A stretch of DNA of 64,000 nucleotides, from assembly GCA_963666835.2 (NCBI GenBank), contig CAXXGO010000006.1, forward strand, positions 832,001 to 896,000. Direction: 5' to 3'. This stretch comes from Phycisphaerae bacterium (GTDB lineage: Bacteria; Planctomycetota; Phycisphaerae; UBA1845). Below the pieces are notes generated by a model. That model was given only the letters and a program-made list of their open reading frames with translations, ran no database searches and was not told the origin of the DNA. The translations under genes were made by a program, and so were the position numbers. This document shows, one piece after another, positions 40,576 through 50,558 of this stretch (positions are counted from its first letter, which is position 1; the number at the start of each line of letters is the position of its first letter).

Positions 40576-41203
40576 GGCAGGTCTCGTGGCTCGACTGTAC
40601 CGCAAGTCAAGCCCCTTGGGGCGACAGGTCCTGTAGCCCCATGGCATAAGCCTGGGGAAACCGTGCGGTTGCTTCGCGTCAAGCCCCGCTAGGTGCGGCA
40701 GAACGCATCGGGGTCTGGATCGGACACCGGTGATTCAACATCATACGGAAAGCGCGTTGGCGACCGCGGGGACCTCTTCGATTATCGAAGTGCCGCCCCG
40801 GGGGGCTTGGGTTGACGGGCGACGCGATCCCGCGGCTCACGCCGCGGGCTGGGCAGAGCTGTCGCCCTGGCGGGCTGGTTCCGCGAGGCGCGCAGTTGGC
40901 GCATGTTCGTGCAACTCGAGCCATTGCGGCGTTGATGGCAGGTCTCGTTCCTCGACCGTGCCCTACGAGGGGGCCGCCCGAGTGGCATGGGGCAACTTGT
41001 TGACCCGTGGGGTGTGACGCGGCGCGGACACCCACGGGCAAGCTGAAACGGCCCATAACCCGAACGCGAGGTCGAGTAGGAAACGGTACTTCACTACGCG
41101 AATCGGCGATGCCCATGCCACCCTCCTCGGCAGGTCTCGTTCCTCGACCGTGCCCTACGGGGGATGCCAACGTTGTATCATGGGGCAACTTGTTGACCCG
41201 TGG
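40576..41203. repeat. REP cluster between convergent polX and flagellin genes
   Basis: GTAG-type REPs (reverse) at 40937-40966 and 41129-41158, each followed by GGGGCAACTTGTTGACCCGTGG; degenerate copy at 40576. Confidence 0.8.
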
Positions 41204-41345
41204 AGGGAAGAATGCGATTACCTTTCTGGAGGCGGCACCAAGAAGAGAAGCGGGCCGAAGGCTCGCACCTTCGACCCGCCCGCTTTAGCCCCGACTCTTA
41301 AAGCGTCTCCCCCCATTGACTACCGTGCGGTGCCGGCGTCCGCTG

Positions 41346-42818
41346 CTAGAGCAGCGACAGAATCTGGGTGGCTTGCTGGTTTACCACTCCGAGCAGGGCA
41401 ACGCCCGCCTGCATGAGCACTTGCTGTTGATTCAGAGTCGCCGTCGCGATGGCGTAGTCCGTATCGCCGATCACCGAAGACGCTTCGGTCAAACCGGTCT
41501 GGCTGGCCTGCAACGCGTTGATTGCGCTACCGACCTGGAACTTCTGGAAGCCCCCGACGCGTCCTTGAATGGAGGCGACGTCGGAGATGGCCGCCCGAAT
41601 CGAGTCCAGCGCTCCGGCCACGTCGGTCCGCAAGTCGACGGAACCACCGGACTTGAGCTCTGACAGCCGCGAGACGGCGCCGCCTCCGCCGAGGTTATAT
41701 GTGGCGAGCGAGTCTATCCCGATCGTAGCCCGGGTGGTCGATTTGGTTCCGAGCTGGAAGGTGGCGCCCCCTGTGGCCCGGACCGTGAACGTCGAGGAGG
41801 TGTTGGCCCCCGTGTTGCCCTTGCCGAAGTCCTCGTCAAGGGTGAACGACATACTCAGCCCGTTGGCGCTGTAGGAAACGTCAAGGCCATCGGTTCCCGT
41901 GGTCTGCCCGTTGATGGTGATGACGGCGTCGGTGCCCACGGTTTTGGTGACGTCGGTGAAGTCGTTGGCGGTGCTGCTGTCGCTGGTCGCGGTGCCCCAC
42001 GAGCTATTGACCGTACCGCCGGAGATCAGCTCGAGGCTCACGAAGGCGTCGGCTCCGTACGCGGTGGAACTCAAGGTGATACCGGTGGCAGCGACCATCG
42101 CGGACACGCCGGTCTGGTCTTTGGCGGCGTTGATGGTAGCGACTACCTGGGCCTGGGTCTGCCCGCTGACGATTGAGAGGGTCGCTGCTCCGTCGGCGCC
42201 GGCGACTACGATCTCGGTCGTGCCGGTAGTCTTGGTCGTAGCGGCCGGAGTCATCAACGCGGCGGTGGCCTGAGCGGTCGCGGCGGAGGTGACCCGCGAT
42301 ACTGAGAGGGTGGTATTCGACGTGCTCTGGCTGCGGGAATAGACCCTCAGCGACTCGACGTAGTCGGAGTCGACGTTAGCCACGGCGATTCCGAAGGTTC
42401 CGTCGAGGAGCTTCTTGCCGTTGAAGTTGGTCTGGTTGACGATGCGGTCTATCGCCGAGAGGGCGTCATCAACCTGCGATTGGTTGGCGGAGATCTCCGA
42501 GGCGGTGAGGTTGGCATCACTCGCCGAGGCCTGGACCAGCGTCTGGATCTCGCCGAGCAGGTTCGATACTTCGGTGATCGCCTGGTCGGCGACCGTGAGC
42601 ATCGAATCCGTTCGCTGGTTGTTGACCAGTGACGTTTGCACCGCCCGCAGCTCGGCGTTGATCCCCTGCAGGGCGATCAGCCCGGCCGGGTCATCCTTGC
42701 CGGCGTTGATCCGCTTACCGGTCGTAAGCTGCGACATCGTCGTGGACTGGGCGGCCGCCTGCTGACTGAGGATGTTCAGCAGTGTCGTTGTGTTCGAATT
42801 CGTAATCGTGAGTGCCAT
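41346..42818 (-). CDS. fliC: Flagellin (copy 1)
   Basis: QLTTGKRINAGKDDPAGL, TNFNGKKLLDG, DTDYA and terminal ILSLL. Confidence 0.93.
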   Translation of the reverse strand: MALTITNSNTTTLLNILSQQAAAQSTTMSQLTTGKRINAGKDDPAGLIALQGINAELRAVQTSLVNNQRTDSMLTVADQAITEVSNLLGEIQTLVQASASDANLTASEISANQSQVDDALSAIDRIVNQTNFNGKKLLDGTFGIAVANVDSDYVESLRVYSRSQSTSNTTLSVSRVTSAATAQATAALMTPAATTKTTGTTEIVVAGADGAATLSIVSGQTQAQVVATINAAKDQTGVSAMVAATGITLSSTAYGADAFVSLELISGGTVNSSWGTATSDSSTANDFTDVTKTVGTDAVITINGQTTGTDGLDVSYSANGLSMSFTLDEDFGKGNTGANTSSTFTVRATGGATFQLGTKSTTRATIGIDSLATYNLGGGGAVSRLSELKSGGSVDLRTDVAGALDSIRAAISDVASIQGRVGGFQKFQVGSAINALQASQTGLTEASSVIGDTDYAIATATLNQQQVLMQAGVALLGVVNQQATQILSLL

Positions 42819-43028
42819 AATCTCGACCCTCGTTTATCACACCGGATTCGGTGCTGGGACTCTGCCATACTAGCTCGGTTGAAACGTAGGATATAAAAAC
42901 GAAGGTGCCAAGCATTTGCCGGCAAAGTCCGCCGGGTCCTTCGTTTCAGGGCCCCAAGACGCGACTTGAGTCAAGTTTCTTTGGAGAATCCCTGGTCCGT
43001 TTTCCGCGTTCGAGGGCGGCCCTCTCTC

Positions 43029-43041
43029 GGGGGGGGGGGGG
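43029..43041. repeat. G13 homopolymer tract upstream of flagellin copy 1
   Basis: 13 consecutive G in the intergenic region. Confidence 0.9.
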
Positions 43042-43193
43042 CGAAGAACTCACGTTTGACGTGCTTATTCGGACCTTGCAGGACGTAGCGTCCGTGACGC
43101 CGGTTGGACAGCGGTAAGAAGTGGATGCGGTTGAGCAGTGCCGGGGCGCGGCACGGTGTGGATTGAACTCAAACCTGTACTGCTAACGACGCT

Positions 43194-44534
43194 CTACCCT
43201 GCTTTGGCCGGCACGTAACGCCGGCCGGCGAAGACAACCGTGCCGGCCACCAGGGCCAGAAGGGTCATAACAATGACACCCCACGCGGAAACGGTCGGGA
43301 TGTCGTCGCCGTCGATCATGATGTCGACAATAACACCCTCCAGAACGGTCAGGCCGTAGGGAAACTCGTCGGGCAGTAAGTACCAGCCGTTGTAAGGCCC
43401 GCCCCAGCCGAAGTTCAGGTGGAAGTAATCGTCCGAATTGTACCCGTCAACCACAACGTTGTGCCCGGAAGTCCATTCCGCGTTGACCACCGCCAGATGG
43501 GCCGGGTAGGCGTCCTTCATGTTCTGCGCCAGGCGGTCGTAGACGTCGGCGTCGCCGTCGTCCAGCAGCTCGGCCGTGGTGCAACTGAACTTCGTGTACG
43601 CGGCCATCGCCTGGCTTACTCCGAACGTGCCGGAGCCGCCGGGGTTGTAGACCTGGGTGGCCGCGACCCCGCAAGCGAAAGTCAAAGCCGCCTTGTCGGA
43701 AGCAGTCAGCGCGATACCTCCGGCGTAGTGGTCTTCGAGCGTATCGAGGTAGCCGTTGAGTTCCGGAAATGAGGGGAAATCGTACGTTGCGTAATCGTTG
43801 TCGATCCAATACTGATTACCGCCGTAGTTGTGGTAGTAATCGTCGCCGTCGTCGAAACGCGTACCGTTTATCCGCTCGTGATAGTTGAGGATCTGCGCCA
43901 TCGCCACCGACGGACAGCCCGCGATGCTCCGAGATCCACTCGACAAATCGATCGGACAGTAGTTGTTGTACGGTGGGTCCTGATCCCAGTTGGTCTCGAT
44001 CCAGCCGCCGGTCGAGGTTGTCCCCGGTGCCGGCCATTGCTCGAGCAACCGTCCGTCCGGGGCGGTGGGGGTCACATCGAGCAACTCCGCCCACGCCCGA
44101 TGGCGGACCCGGCGGACCGCATCCGGAAGAACGGGTACGTTCTGCAGGCGGCGCTTGAGATCCGCCCGCAACATCGCGGCCAGCGGGTTGGCGCGCTCAA
44201 GATCACTACCGAAGTCGTTGTCGAACGAGTAGGCGATGACCGGGGGCAGCTCTCGGTCGGCGGCCACGACCACAAAGCCGCGCGGCTGAAGATCGAATCG
44301 GTGGTACAGGGTGACCTTGTCGTCGTCGTTCGTAACCGAACCTACCTCGCCGACCGTGAAGGTCTCGGCCAGCCCGTGCCGCGCCAGATGCGCTTCGGTC
44401 ACTCGAACGGCGGACGCTTGGTCCACAAATGATGCGCCGGAGTCCGGCAGATCCGGCTCCACCCCGAAGGCGGCGGCGGACAGATTCCAGGCCAGTGCGA
44501 CGGCTAGAAAGCGGACCTTGTACTTCGAAGTCAT
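43194..44534 (-). CDS. Peptidase C10 (streptopain-like) with prodomain and IPTL-CTERM sorting signal
   Basis: WDQDPPYN, AGCPSVAMAQI, GHNVVVDGY, HLNFGWGG; tail IPTVSAWG-TM-RR. Confidence 0.9.
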   Translation of the reverse strand: MTSKYKVRFLAVALAWNLSAAAFGVEPDLPDSGASFVDQASAVRVTEAHLARHGLAETFTVGEVGSVTNDDDKVTLYHRFDLQPRGFVVVAADRELPPVIAYSFDNDFGSDLERANPLAAMLRADLKRRLQNVPVLPDAVRRVRHRAWAELLDVTPTAPDGRLLEQWPAPGTTSTGGWIETNWDQDPPYNNYCPIDLSSGSRSIAGCPSVAMAQILNYHERINGTRFDDGDDYYHNYGGNQYWIDNDYATYDFPSFPELNGYLDTLEDHYAGGIALTASDKAALTFACGVAATQVYNPGGSGTFGVSQAMAAYTKFSCTTAELLDDGDADVYDRLAQNMKDAYPAHLAVVNAEWTSGHNVVVDGYNSDDYFHLNFGWGGPYNGWYLLPDEFPYGLTVLEGVIVDIMIDGDDIPTVSAWGVIVMTLLALVAGTVVFAGRRYVPAKAG

Positions 44535-44955
44535 ACCTACCCCTCCTGTTTGCGGAAACGACTCTGGCGCATTGTAGCGGATCATCGCGTGGGAGCCCAG
44601 ACTTTCTTCTTAGAGGACATACAAACCGACAATTGCCAGCCGCCCTGCTCCATCCGCCACGCGAAACAGCCTCTCCGATTGAAGCCGTTTACGCGGTGAA
44701 ACCGGCCCTGGCGCTCGAGGGGCAAGTCTCTTCGGGTGGTCGGTGCCCGCTTCGTCCGCTCTTGCAGGCCGGCCGATCTTCCAGTCGGCCCACACCGCCC
44801 GGAGGTTTCGGATGAAGTAGCACCACACGCAAGTTCCCGCAATAATACGAGCGTAGCGTACGCGTTTTCGCCGGGAACGGCTGGGGACGGACTCATTGAT
44901 AGGCGACTATCCCGGATTCGCGATATGCCGAGCAGAGCTCCAGAGACTTGATCCC

Positions 44956-45729
44956 ATGACGAAACGCACACGCCCTGCACGCATACGATGGACGATTGCT
45001 GTGTTCTTGCTCTGCGCGACGGCGATTGCTTGTCTGACGATTTACATGAGAGATGTACCGAGCCGACGCTACGCGGAGGCTAAGTGCTTCACGCCGCCGG
45101 TCTGGGGGCGGAATCGAGGCGGGGTCGAGTTGATGACTTTCCCGGACAGCGAGATCCTCTTGATCCGGTCTCTTAGAGCAGGCAGCTCGAAGGGTGTCAA
45201 CGCCAGAGCCGGCAGGATTGGGACCCGTCAGGAAGACCGCGACTACTACTACAGCTTCGATCCAATGGCTGAGATGCTGACGCAGGTCGGCGAGGATAGG
45301 TGGGATGAGGCAATAGGCTCCGTCTCGACTTACACGTACGCCAGGCGCCTTCCCAAGCCTTTTCGTCGTGACACGTCCACATGGCAACTGAAAGCGGGTG
45401 GTACCATCATACCAGCTGCGGGAGATTGGTTTCACAAGATGGCGCTTTCGCCGAGCGGTCGGTTTGCTGCCGTGCTGTCCGCGGATGCGGACGGACAACT
45501 GAACCTCCCGTTCATAGGAGGTTATGCAGGCTGCACTGCCCAGCATTACTGTCAGTTGTTATCGGTGGACGAGCGTGCGTGGGTCGGGGAGCCCATACTT
45601 ATCCCGATGATATCCGTCAAAACAGGGCTTGATGTCTTCTGGTCTCCCGATGAGCGTTACGTTGTTGTCCTTGACATACAATCCGTATGCATAATACCGG
45701 TCGACACGAGTGGAGAGAGCAGGGGATGA
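44956..45729 (+). CDS. Hypothetical membrane-anchored protein, possibly beta-propeller-like
   Basis: N-terminal TM helix; LSPSGRF and WSPDERY motifs. Confidence 0.6.
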   Translation: MTKRTRPARIRWTIAVFLLCATAIACLTIYMRDVPSRRYAEAKCFTPPVWGRNRGGVELMTFPDSEILLIRSLRAGSSKGVNARAGRIGTRQEDRDYYYSFDPMAEMLTQVGEDRWDEAIGSVSTYTYARRLPKPFRRDTSTWQLKAGGTIIPAAGDWFHKMALSPSGRFAAVLSADADGQLNLPFIGGYAGCTAQHYCQLLSVDERAWVGEPILIPMISVKTGLDVFWSPDERYVVVLDIQSVCIIPVDTSGESRG

Positions 45730-46034
45730 GCGCAAGAGATGGGAGCGAGTGTGCCCCATCCTTGCGCAGCAAGGGTGGGGGAAGGATCGCGGCAAGAACT
45801 GCAACCAGCATGGGACGAGACTTGTCAATAAGCGAACATCTCCCCGTGCAGTGTATTGGCGGGGCATGCTTGGCATTCGCTCCGGCTATCGAAGGCAGTC
45901 AGTCCTCCACCCATCCCGGCGGGGAGTTGGCGCGGTGGTCCCGGCTCGGCAAACGCCGGGATGGATGGGGCACACGCGCGGGACGTGGATATGAACGCGG
46001 AGGACGAGTTCAATTAATAGATGACTGTCCCCAA

Positions 46035-47177
46035 TTAAGAGATCGGGTCGCTGGAATCCTCGAAAAGGCGGACGTAGCTCTCGTAGCGGTCCTGGCTTAT
46101 CCGGCCGGTCTCCACGGCCGCCTTGACCGCGCAATCCGCCTCGTGCGTGTGACTGCAATCGGGGAACTTGCAGTGGGCGACGTGCTCCACGAACTCCGCG
46201 AAGTGCAGCTCATACTGGCTACGCGGCACAGTGGAAAGATCAAACGAGCGAATCCCCGGAGTGTCCACTACGAAACCGCCGATCTCGAGCCGGATCAAAC
46301 TGGCCGTGGTCGTTACGTGACGACCCTTGTTGACCTGCTCCGAAATCTCGCCGGTGCGAAGCTGCAAGCCCGGCTGGACCATGTTCAACAGTGAACTCTT
46401 CCCCACGCCGCTCTGGCCGACTACCACGCTGGCCTTGCCCGCAAGAACCCCGCGCAACTCGGTGATTCCCGTGCCCTCGATCGCGCTGGTGACCAACGCC
46501 TCATAGCCGAGTTCAGCGTAAACCTTGAGCAAGGACGCTGCGCAGCCGGCCTGGTCGAGATCGATCTTGTTCATGCAGACCACGGGAGTAATCCTGCCGG
46601 CCAGCGAGGCTACGATGTACCGATCAATCAGGTTCGGCCGCGGGTCCGGCTGACCGGCCGAGCTGACGATGATCGCCTGATCTACATTGGCGACAATGGT
46701 GTGAATCCGTCGTCCGACTCTTCGGCACAGCTCGCCTTGACGCGGCCGGACCCATTCGATGACGCCTTCTCCCGCCCGATCGTCTTCGGCGGGGTCAACC
46801 CGGAACCCGACCCGGTCGCCGACGGTCACCGGGTGACGCTGCTCGATGAGCCGGGTTCGAAGGACCCTCCGCACGGTGCAAGGCCAGATGCGGTCTCCGT
46901 CGTCGACATCTGCGTACAATCCGCGCATCGCCAGCACGACGCCGTGCTGCAAGTCCGACGGCGGTTCCTTATCCTCATCAGCTTTAACGGTACGTTGCCG
47001 CGACAGTTCGCCCTTGGGCACAACACTTTCGGAGTGCTGCGCGTCGATCTCGTGCCCGTCGGCCTGGTGGGCTTGCTCGGTCCAGTCGTTACGGCGCGCC
47101 GGTTTCGTCCGGTTGCGCCGGAAAGCAACCCGGACCTTCTTGCCTTTCTTGCCGCCATGTCCACCTGGTTTACCCAC
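46035..47177 (-). CDS. rsgA: Ribosome small subunit-dependent GTPase A
   Basis: NKID, GQSGVGKSS, GRHVTT, DTPG and the CKFPDCSH...C zinc site. Confidence 0.95.
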   Translation of the reverse strand: MGKPGGHGGKKGKKVRVAFRRNRTKPARRNDWTEQAHQADGHEIDAQHSESVVPKGELSRQRTVKADEDKEPPSDLQHGVVLAMRGLYADVDDGDRIWPCTVRRVLRTRLIEQRHPVTVGDRVGFRVDPAEDDRAGEGVIEWVRPRQGELCRRVGRRIHTIVANVDQAIIVSSAGQPDPRPNLIDRYIVASLAGRITPVVCMNKIDLDQAGCAASLLKVYAELGYEALVTSAIEGTGITELRGVLAGKASVVVGQSGVGKSSLLNMVQPGLQLRTGEISEQVNKGRHVTTTASLIRLEIGGFVVDTPGIRSFDLSTVPRSQYELHFAEFVEHVAHCKFPDCSHTHEADCAVKAAVETGRISQDRYESYVRLFEDSSDPIS

Positions 47178-47372
47178 TAGCCTCTATTGTTCGGAATAGT
47201 ACGTCCGAATGTCAAGCGTCAATCCGGAGCGGCGTCCTTTTCGTCGCGGATCCTTCGGCGGTGGGACCCCTCGTTTGCGTACCGCGAGCCGGTTCCGTAG
47301 ACTGCTCGGCAGATCAGGACGCGCGGCGGGTTCTGCCGCCCTCGCGATAGTCGTTCAAACCGAGGAGTAGCC

Positions 47373-48329
47373 GTGGACCACAACTTTGGCGACCGCTTAG
47401 TCGAAGCGATCCGGGAGAAGGACGCACCCGTCTGCGTGGGGCTGGACCCGCTCATCGAGCGTCTGCCGGCCGCGCTGCTTAAGGAGCACAGTATCGACCC
47501 CGAGCAGGCGCTCGACGTGCGGACCAGCGCGAACCTCGGAGCATTAGCGGACGCGATTTTCGCGTTCGGGACCGCGGTGATCGAGGCCGTGGCCCCGCTC
47601 GTTCCGGCAGTGAAGATTAACATCGCGTTTTTCGAGCGTTACTACTCCGCCGGCATTCGGGCGTATCATCGCCTGGTGCAGCGCGCCGACGAGCTGGGCC
47701 TGCTCGTTATCGGGGACGTCAAGCGGGCCGACATCGGCCACACTTCCGCACAGTATGCCCAAGCCCAACTCGGTTCTCTTTCGCATCCGGGCTTGCAGGA
47801 GGTTGCCACGCCGGACGCCGTCACGGTCAATCCTTATTTCGGCTCGGACGGAATCCAGCCGTTCATAGACCTCGCCCGCGAAACGGGTGGCGGTCTGTTC
47901 GTCCTGGTGCAGACCAGCAACCCGTCGGCCGTTCAAGTGCAGGGTATTGAGACGGCGGACGGTTCAACGGTGGGCGAGAAGGTGGCCTCGCTGGTGCAGA
48001 GCTGGGCGGCCGCGGATGGCTTGGTTGGGGATCACGGCTACAGTTGTATCGGCGCGGTGGTATCCCCGCGCGATCTCGAATCGACGCGGCGGATTCGGGC
48101 ATTGATGCCCAACTGCATCTTCCTCGTTCCGGGCTTCGGTGCCCAGGGGCGTTCCGCTGAAGAGGTCGCGCTGTGCTTCAAACCGGACGGCACCGGCTCG
48201 ATCGTGAACGCTTCGCGCAGCGTTATCTACGCTTATCAGAAGGAACCGAGCGGTGGTGACTGGCGTGGAGCGATCGAAAGTGCCTGCCGTGATTTCGTAT
48301 CCGCGGTGCGGGCCGCGGCGCGCCCGTAA
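47373..48329 (+). CDS. pyrF: Orotidine-5'-phosphate decarboxylase
   Basis: CVGLDP, DVKRADIGHT, LVPGFGAQG and NASR motifs. Confidence 0.95.
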   Translation: MDHNFGDRLVEAIREKDAPVCVGLDPLIERLPAALLKEHSIDPEQALDVRTSANLGALADAIFAFGTAVIEAVAPLVPAVKINIAFFERYYSAGIRAYHRLVQRADELGLLVIGDVKRADIGHTSAQYAQAQLGSLSHPGLQEVATPDAVTVNPYFGSDGIQPFIDLARETGGGLFVLVQTSNPSAVQVQGIETADGSTVGEKVASLVQSWAAADGLVGDHGYSCIGAVVSPRDLESTRRIRALMPNCIFLVPGFGAQGRSAEEVALCFKPDGTGSIVNASRSVIYAYQKEPSGGDWRGAIESACRDFVSAVRAAARP

Positions 48330-48843
48330 CGCACCGTTAAACCGGCGGACCGACGACGGTCGCCGGCAATGCCCCTATAAGTCCGCCGGTTCTCGGCCCC
48401 CGCTAAGCGGACCGCGGCACGTGGGTGGAGCGTCCCATTACCGCCGCCGCTACCGCCGGATAACCACCTGGCATCCGGTAACCGGTTTCGCCGTCTTTTA
48501 TGACCACCGGTAATCACTTCGTTGCGCAGCGTCGCAATGGCTTGTAGCCCTGGAACCCTACCGAGATCGGACTTTCACGGATTCCTGATCGGACGCCGAG
48601 CCCGCCCGGCGAGGTATAATGTCATATCTCTGGCACTCTGCGCCGTTTACGCTCGATAACCACGGTCCTCTTATTTTTTCTCAAAAGGGACTCAATTACG
48701 CGGCAAGGTTGCCCGATTGCAGAACCTGGAATGCGAGAAGTCTCCGCAGACCGAAGACGGTATCGGGGAGAATGCGAATACGGACGTGATGGGGCGCGAC
48801 CGAGCCCCGCCGGTCCGAACGGTGCGACACAGGAGTCACGCAC

Positions 48844-50316
48844 ATGGCACTGACGATCACGAACACTCAGACGATGACGCTGCTGAACATCATCAACCGG
48901 CAGACGTCCGCCCAGACCACCACGATGAAGCAGCTTACCACCGGCAAGCGGATCAATGCCGGTAAGGACGATCCCGCCGGGCTGATCGCGCTGCAGGGGC
49001 TTAACGCCGAATTGCGCGCGGTGGAGACGTCCCTGGTCAATAACCAGCGCACCGACTCCATGCTCACCGTAGCCGACCAGGCCATCGCTGAAGTATCCAC
49101 CTTGCTCGGCGAGATCCAGACGCTGGTACAGTCGTCGGCCAGCGACGCGAATCTCACCGCCGCCGAGATCTCCGCCAACCAGTCGCAGGTTGACGACGCT
49201 CTCTCGGCCATCGACCGCATTGTCAATCAGACCAATTTCAACGGCAAGAAACTGATCGACGGCAGCTTCAGCATCGCGGTCGCTAATGTCGATTCGGACT
49301 ACGTCGAGTCGCTTCGGGTCTATTCCCGTAGCCAAAGCACCTCGAACACGACTCTCGCCGTGTCCCGGGTGACCTCCGCGGCTACCGCCCAGGCCACCGC
49401 CGCTTTGATGACCCCGGCCGCTACCACCAAAACCACCGGCACGACGGAAATCGTCGTTGCGGGCGCCGACGGTGCGGCCACCCTCTCGATCGTCAGCGGG
49501 CAGACCCAGGCCCAGGTGGTTGCCACGATCAACGCCGCCAAGGACCAGACCGGCGTATCCGCTATGGTCGCCGCTACCGGGATCACCTTGAGTTCGACCG
49601 CTTACGGGGCCGACGCCTTCGTAAGCCTCGAGCTGATCTCGGGCGGTACGGTCAACAGCTCGTGGGGAACCGCGACCGGCGACAGCAGCACGGCCAACGA
49701 CTTCGCCGACGTCAGTAAGACCATCGGTACGGATGCGGTCATCACTATCAACGGACAGAGCACCGGCACCGACGGCCTCGATGTATCCTACAGCGCCAAC
49801 GGGTTGAGCCTGTCCTTCACGCTCGATGAGGACTTCGGCAAGGGTAACACGGGGGCGAATACATCCTCGACCTTCACCGTGCGGGCTACCGGAGGGGCTA
49901 CCTTCCAACTGGGGACCAGCTCCGCCACCCGAGCGACAATCGGGCTCGATTCGCTGGCGACGTATAACCTCGGCGGCGGAGGGACGATTGCCCGACTGTC
50001 TGAGCTCAAGTCCGGCGGGTCCGTCGATCTGCGGACCGACGTTGCCGGAGCGTTGGATTCGATTCGGGCGGCTATCTCCGACGTCGCGTCCATCCAGGGG
50101 CGAATCGGCGGGTTCCAGAAGTTCCAGGTCGGCAGTGCGATCAACGCCCTGCAGGCCAGCCAGACCGGGTTGACCGAAGCGGCAACCGTGCTAGGCGACA
50201 CTGACTTCGCCGTGGCAACCGCCGAGCTGAACCAGCAGCAAGTGCTGATCCAGGCGGGTATCTCTCTGCTGGGCGTAGCGAATCAGCAGGCGGCCCAGAT
50301 TCTGTCCCTGCTCTAA
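48844..50316 (+). CDS. fliC: Flagellin (copy 2)
   Basis: Same flagellin motifs; about 91% amino-acid identity to copy 1 by manual count. Confidence 0.93.
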   Translation: MALTITNTQTMTLLNIINRQTSAQTTTMKQLTTGKRINAGKDDPAGLIALQGLNAELRAVETSLVNNQRTDSMLTVADQAIAEVSTLLGEIQTLVQSSASDANLTAAEISANQSQVDDALSAIDRIVNQTNFNGKKLIDGSFSIAVANVDSDYVESLRVYSRSQSTSNTTLAVSRVTSAATAQATAALMTPAATTKTTGTTEIVVAGADGAATLSIVSGQTQAQVVATINAAKDQTGVSAMVAATGITLSSTAYGADAFVSLELISGGTVNSSWGTATGDSSTANDFADVSKTIGTDAVITINGQSTGTDGLDVSYSANGLSLSFTLDEDFGKGNTGANTSSTFTVRATGGATFQLGTSSATRATIGLDSLATYNLGGGGTIARLSELKSGGSVDLRTDVAGALDSIRAAISDVASIQGRIGGFQKFQVGSAINALQASQTGLTEAATVLGDTDFAVATAELNQQQVLIQAGISLLGVANQQAAQILSLL

Positions 50317-50558
50317 TGCTCTGTAACATACAGCCCGCGGGTGCCCCATTTATCCCGGCGCTTGCCGGGCTGGGAAAGCCGCGCCGATTCACCACCGGGC
50401 TGGGTGGGGGACGGACGAAGACGCGAGCGTGATTCGCATTCCGTAATCAATCCCCCACCCTTCGCGCGGTGAATAGCGTGTACGCCGTAACTACGCCTGT
50501 ATCCGGGGCTCTTTCTCCACTGCGACACAACTCAGGGCGAAGGATGGGGCACCCGCCG

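Noticed and set aside
48600..48843. Sigma-28 promoter or c-di-GMP riboswitch upstream of flagellin copy 2
   Set aside because: Only a weak TCAA-N15-GCCCGATT match and no convincing riboswitch core.
41346..50316. Flagellin pair as an assembly duplication or a diversity-generating retroelement template/variable repeat
   Set aside because: Differences are widespread and mostly synonymous, not obviously adenine-specific, and no RT gene is present.
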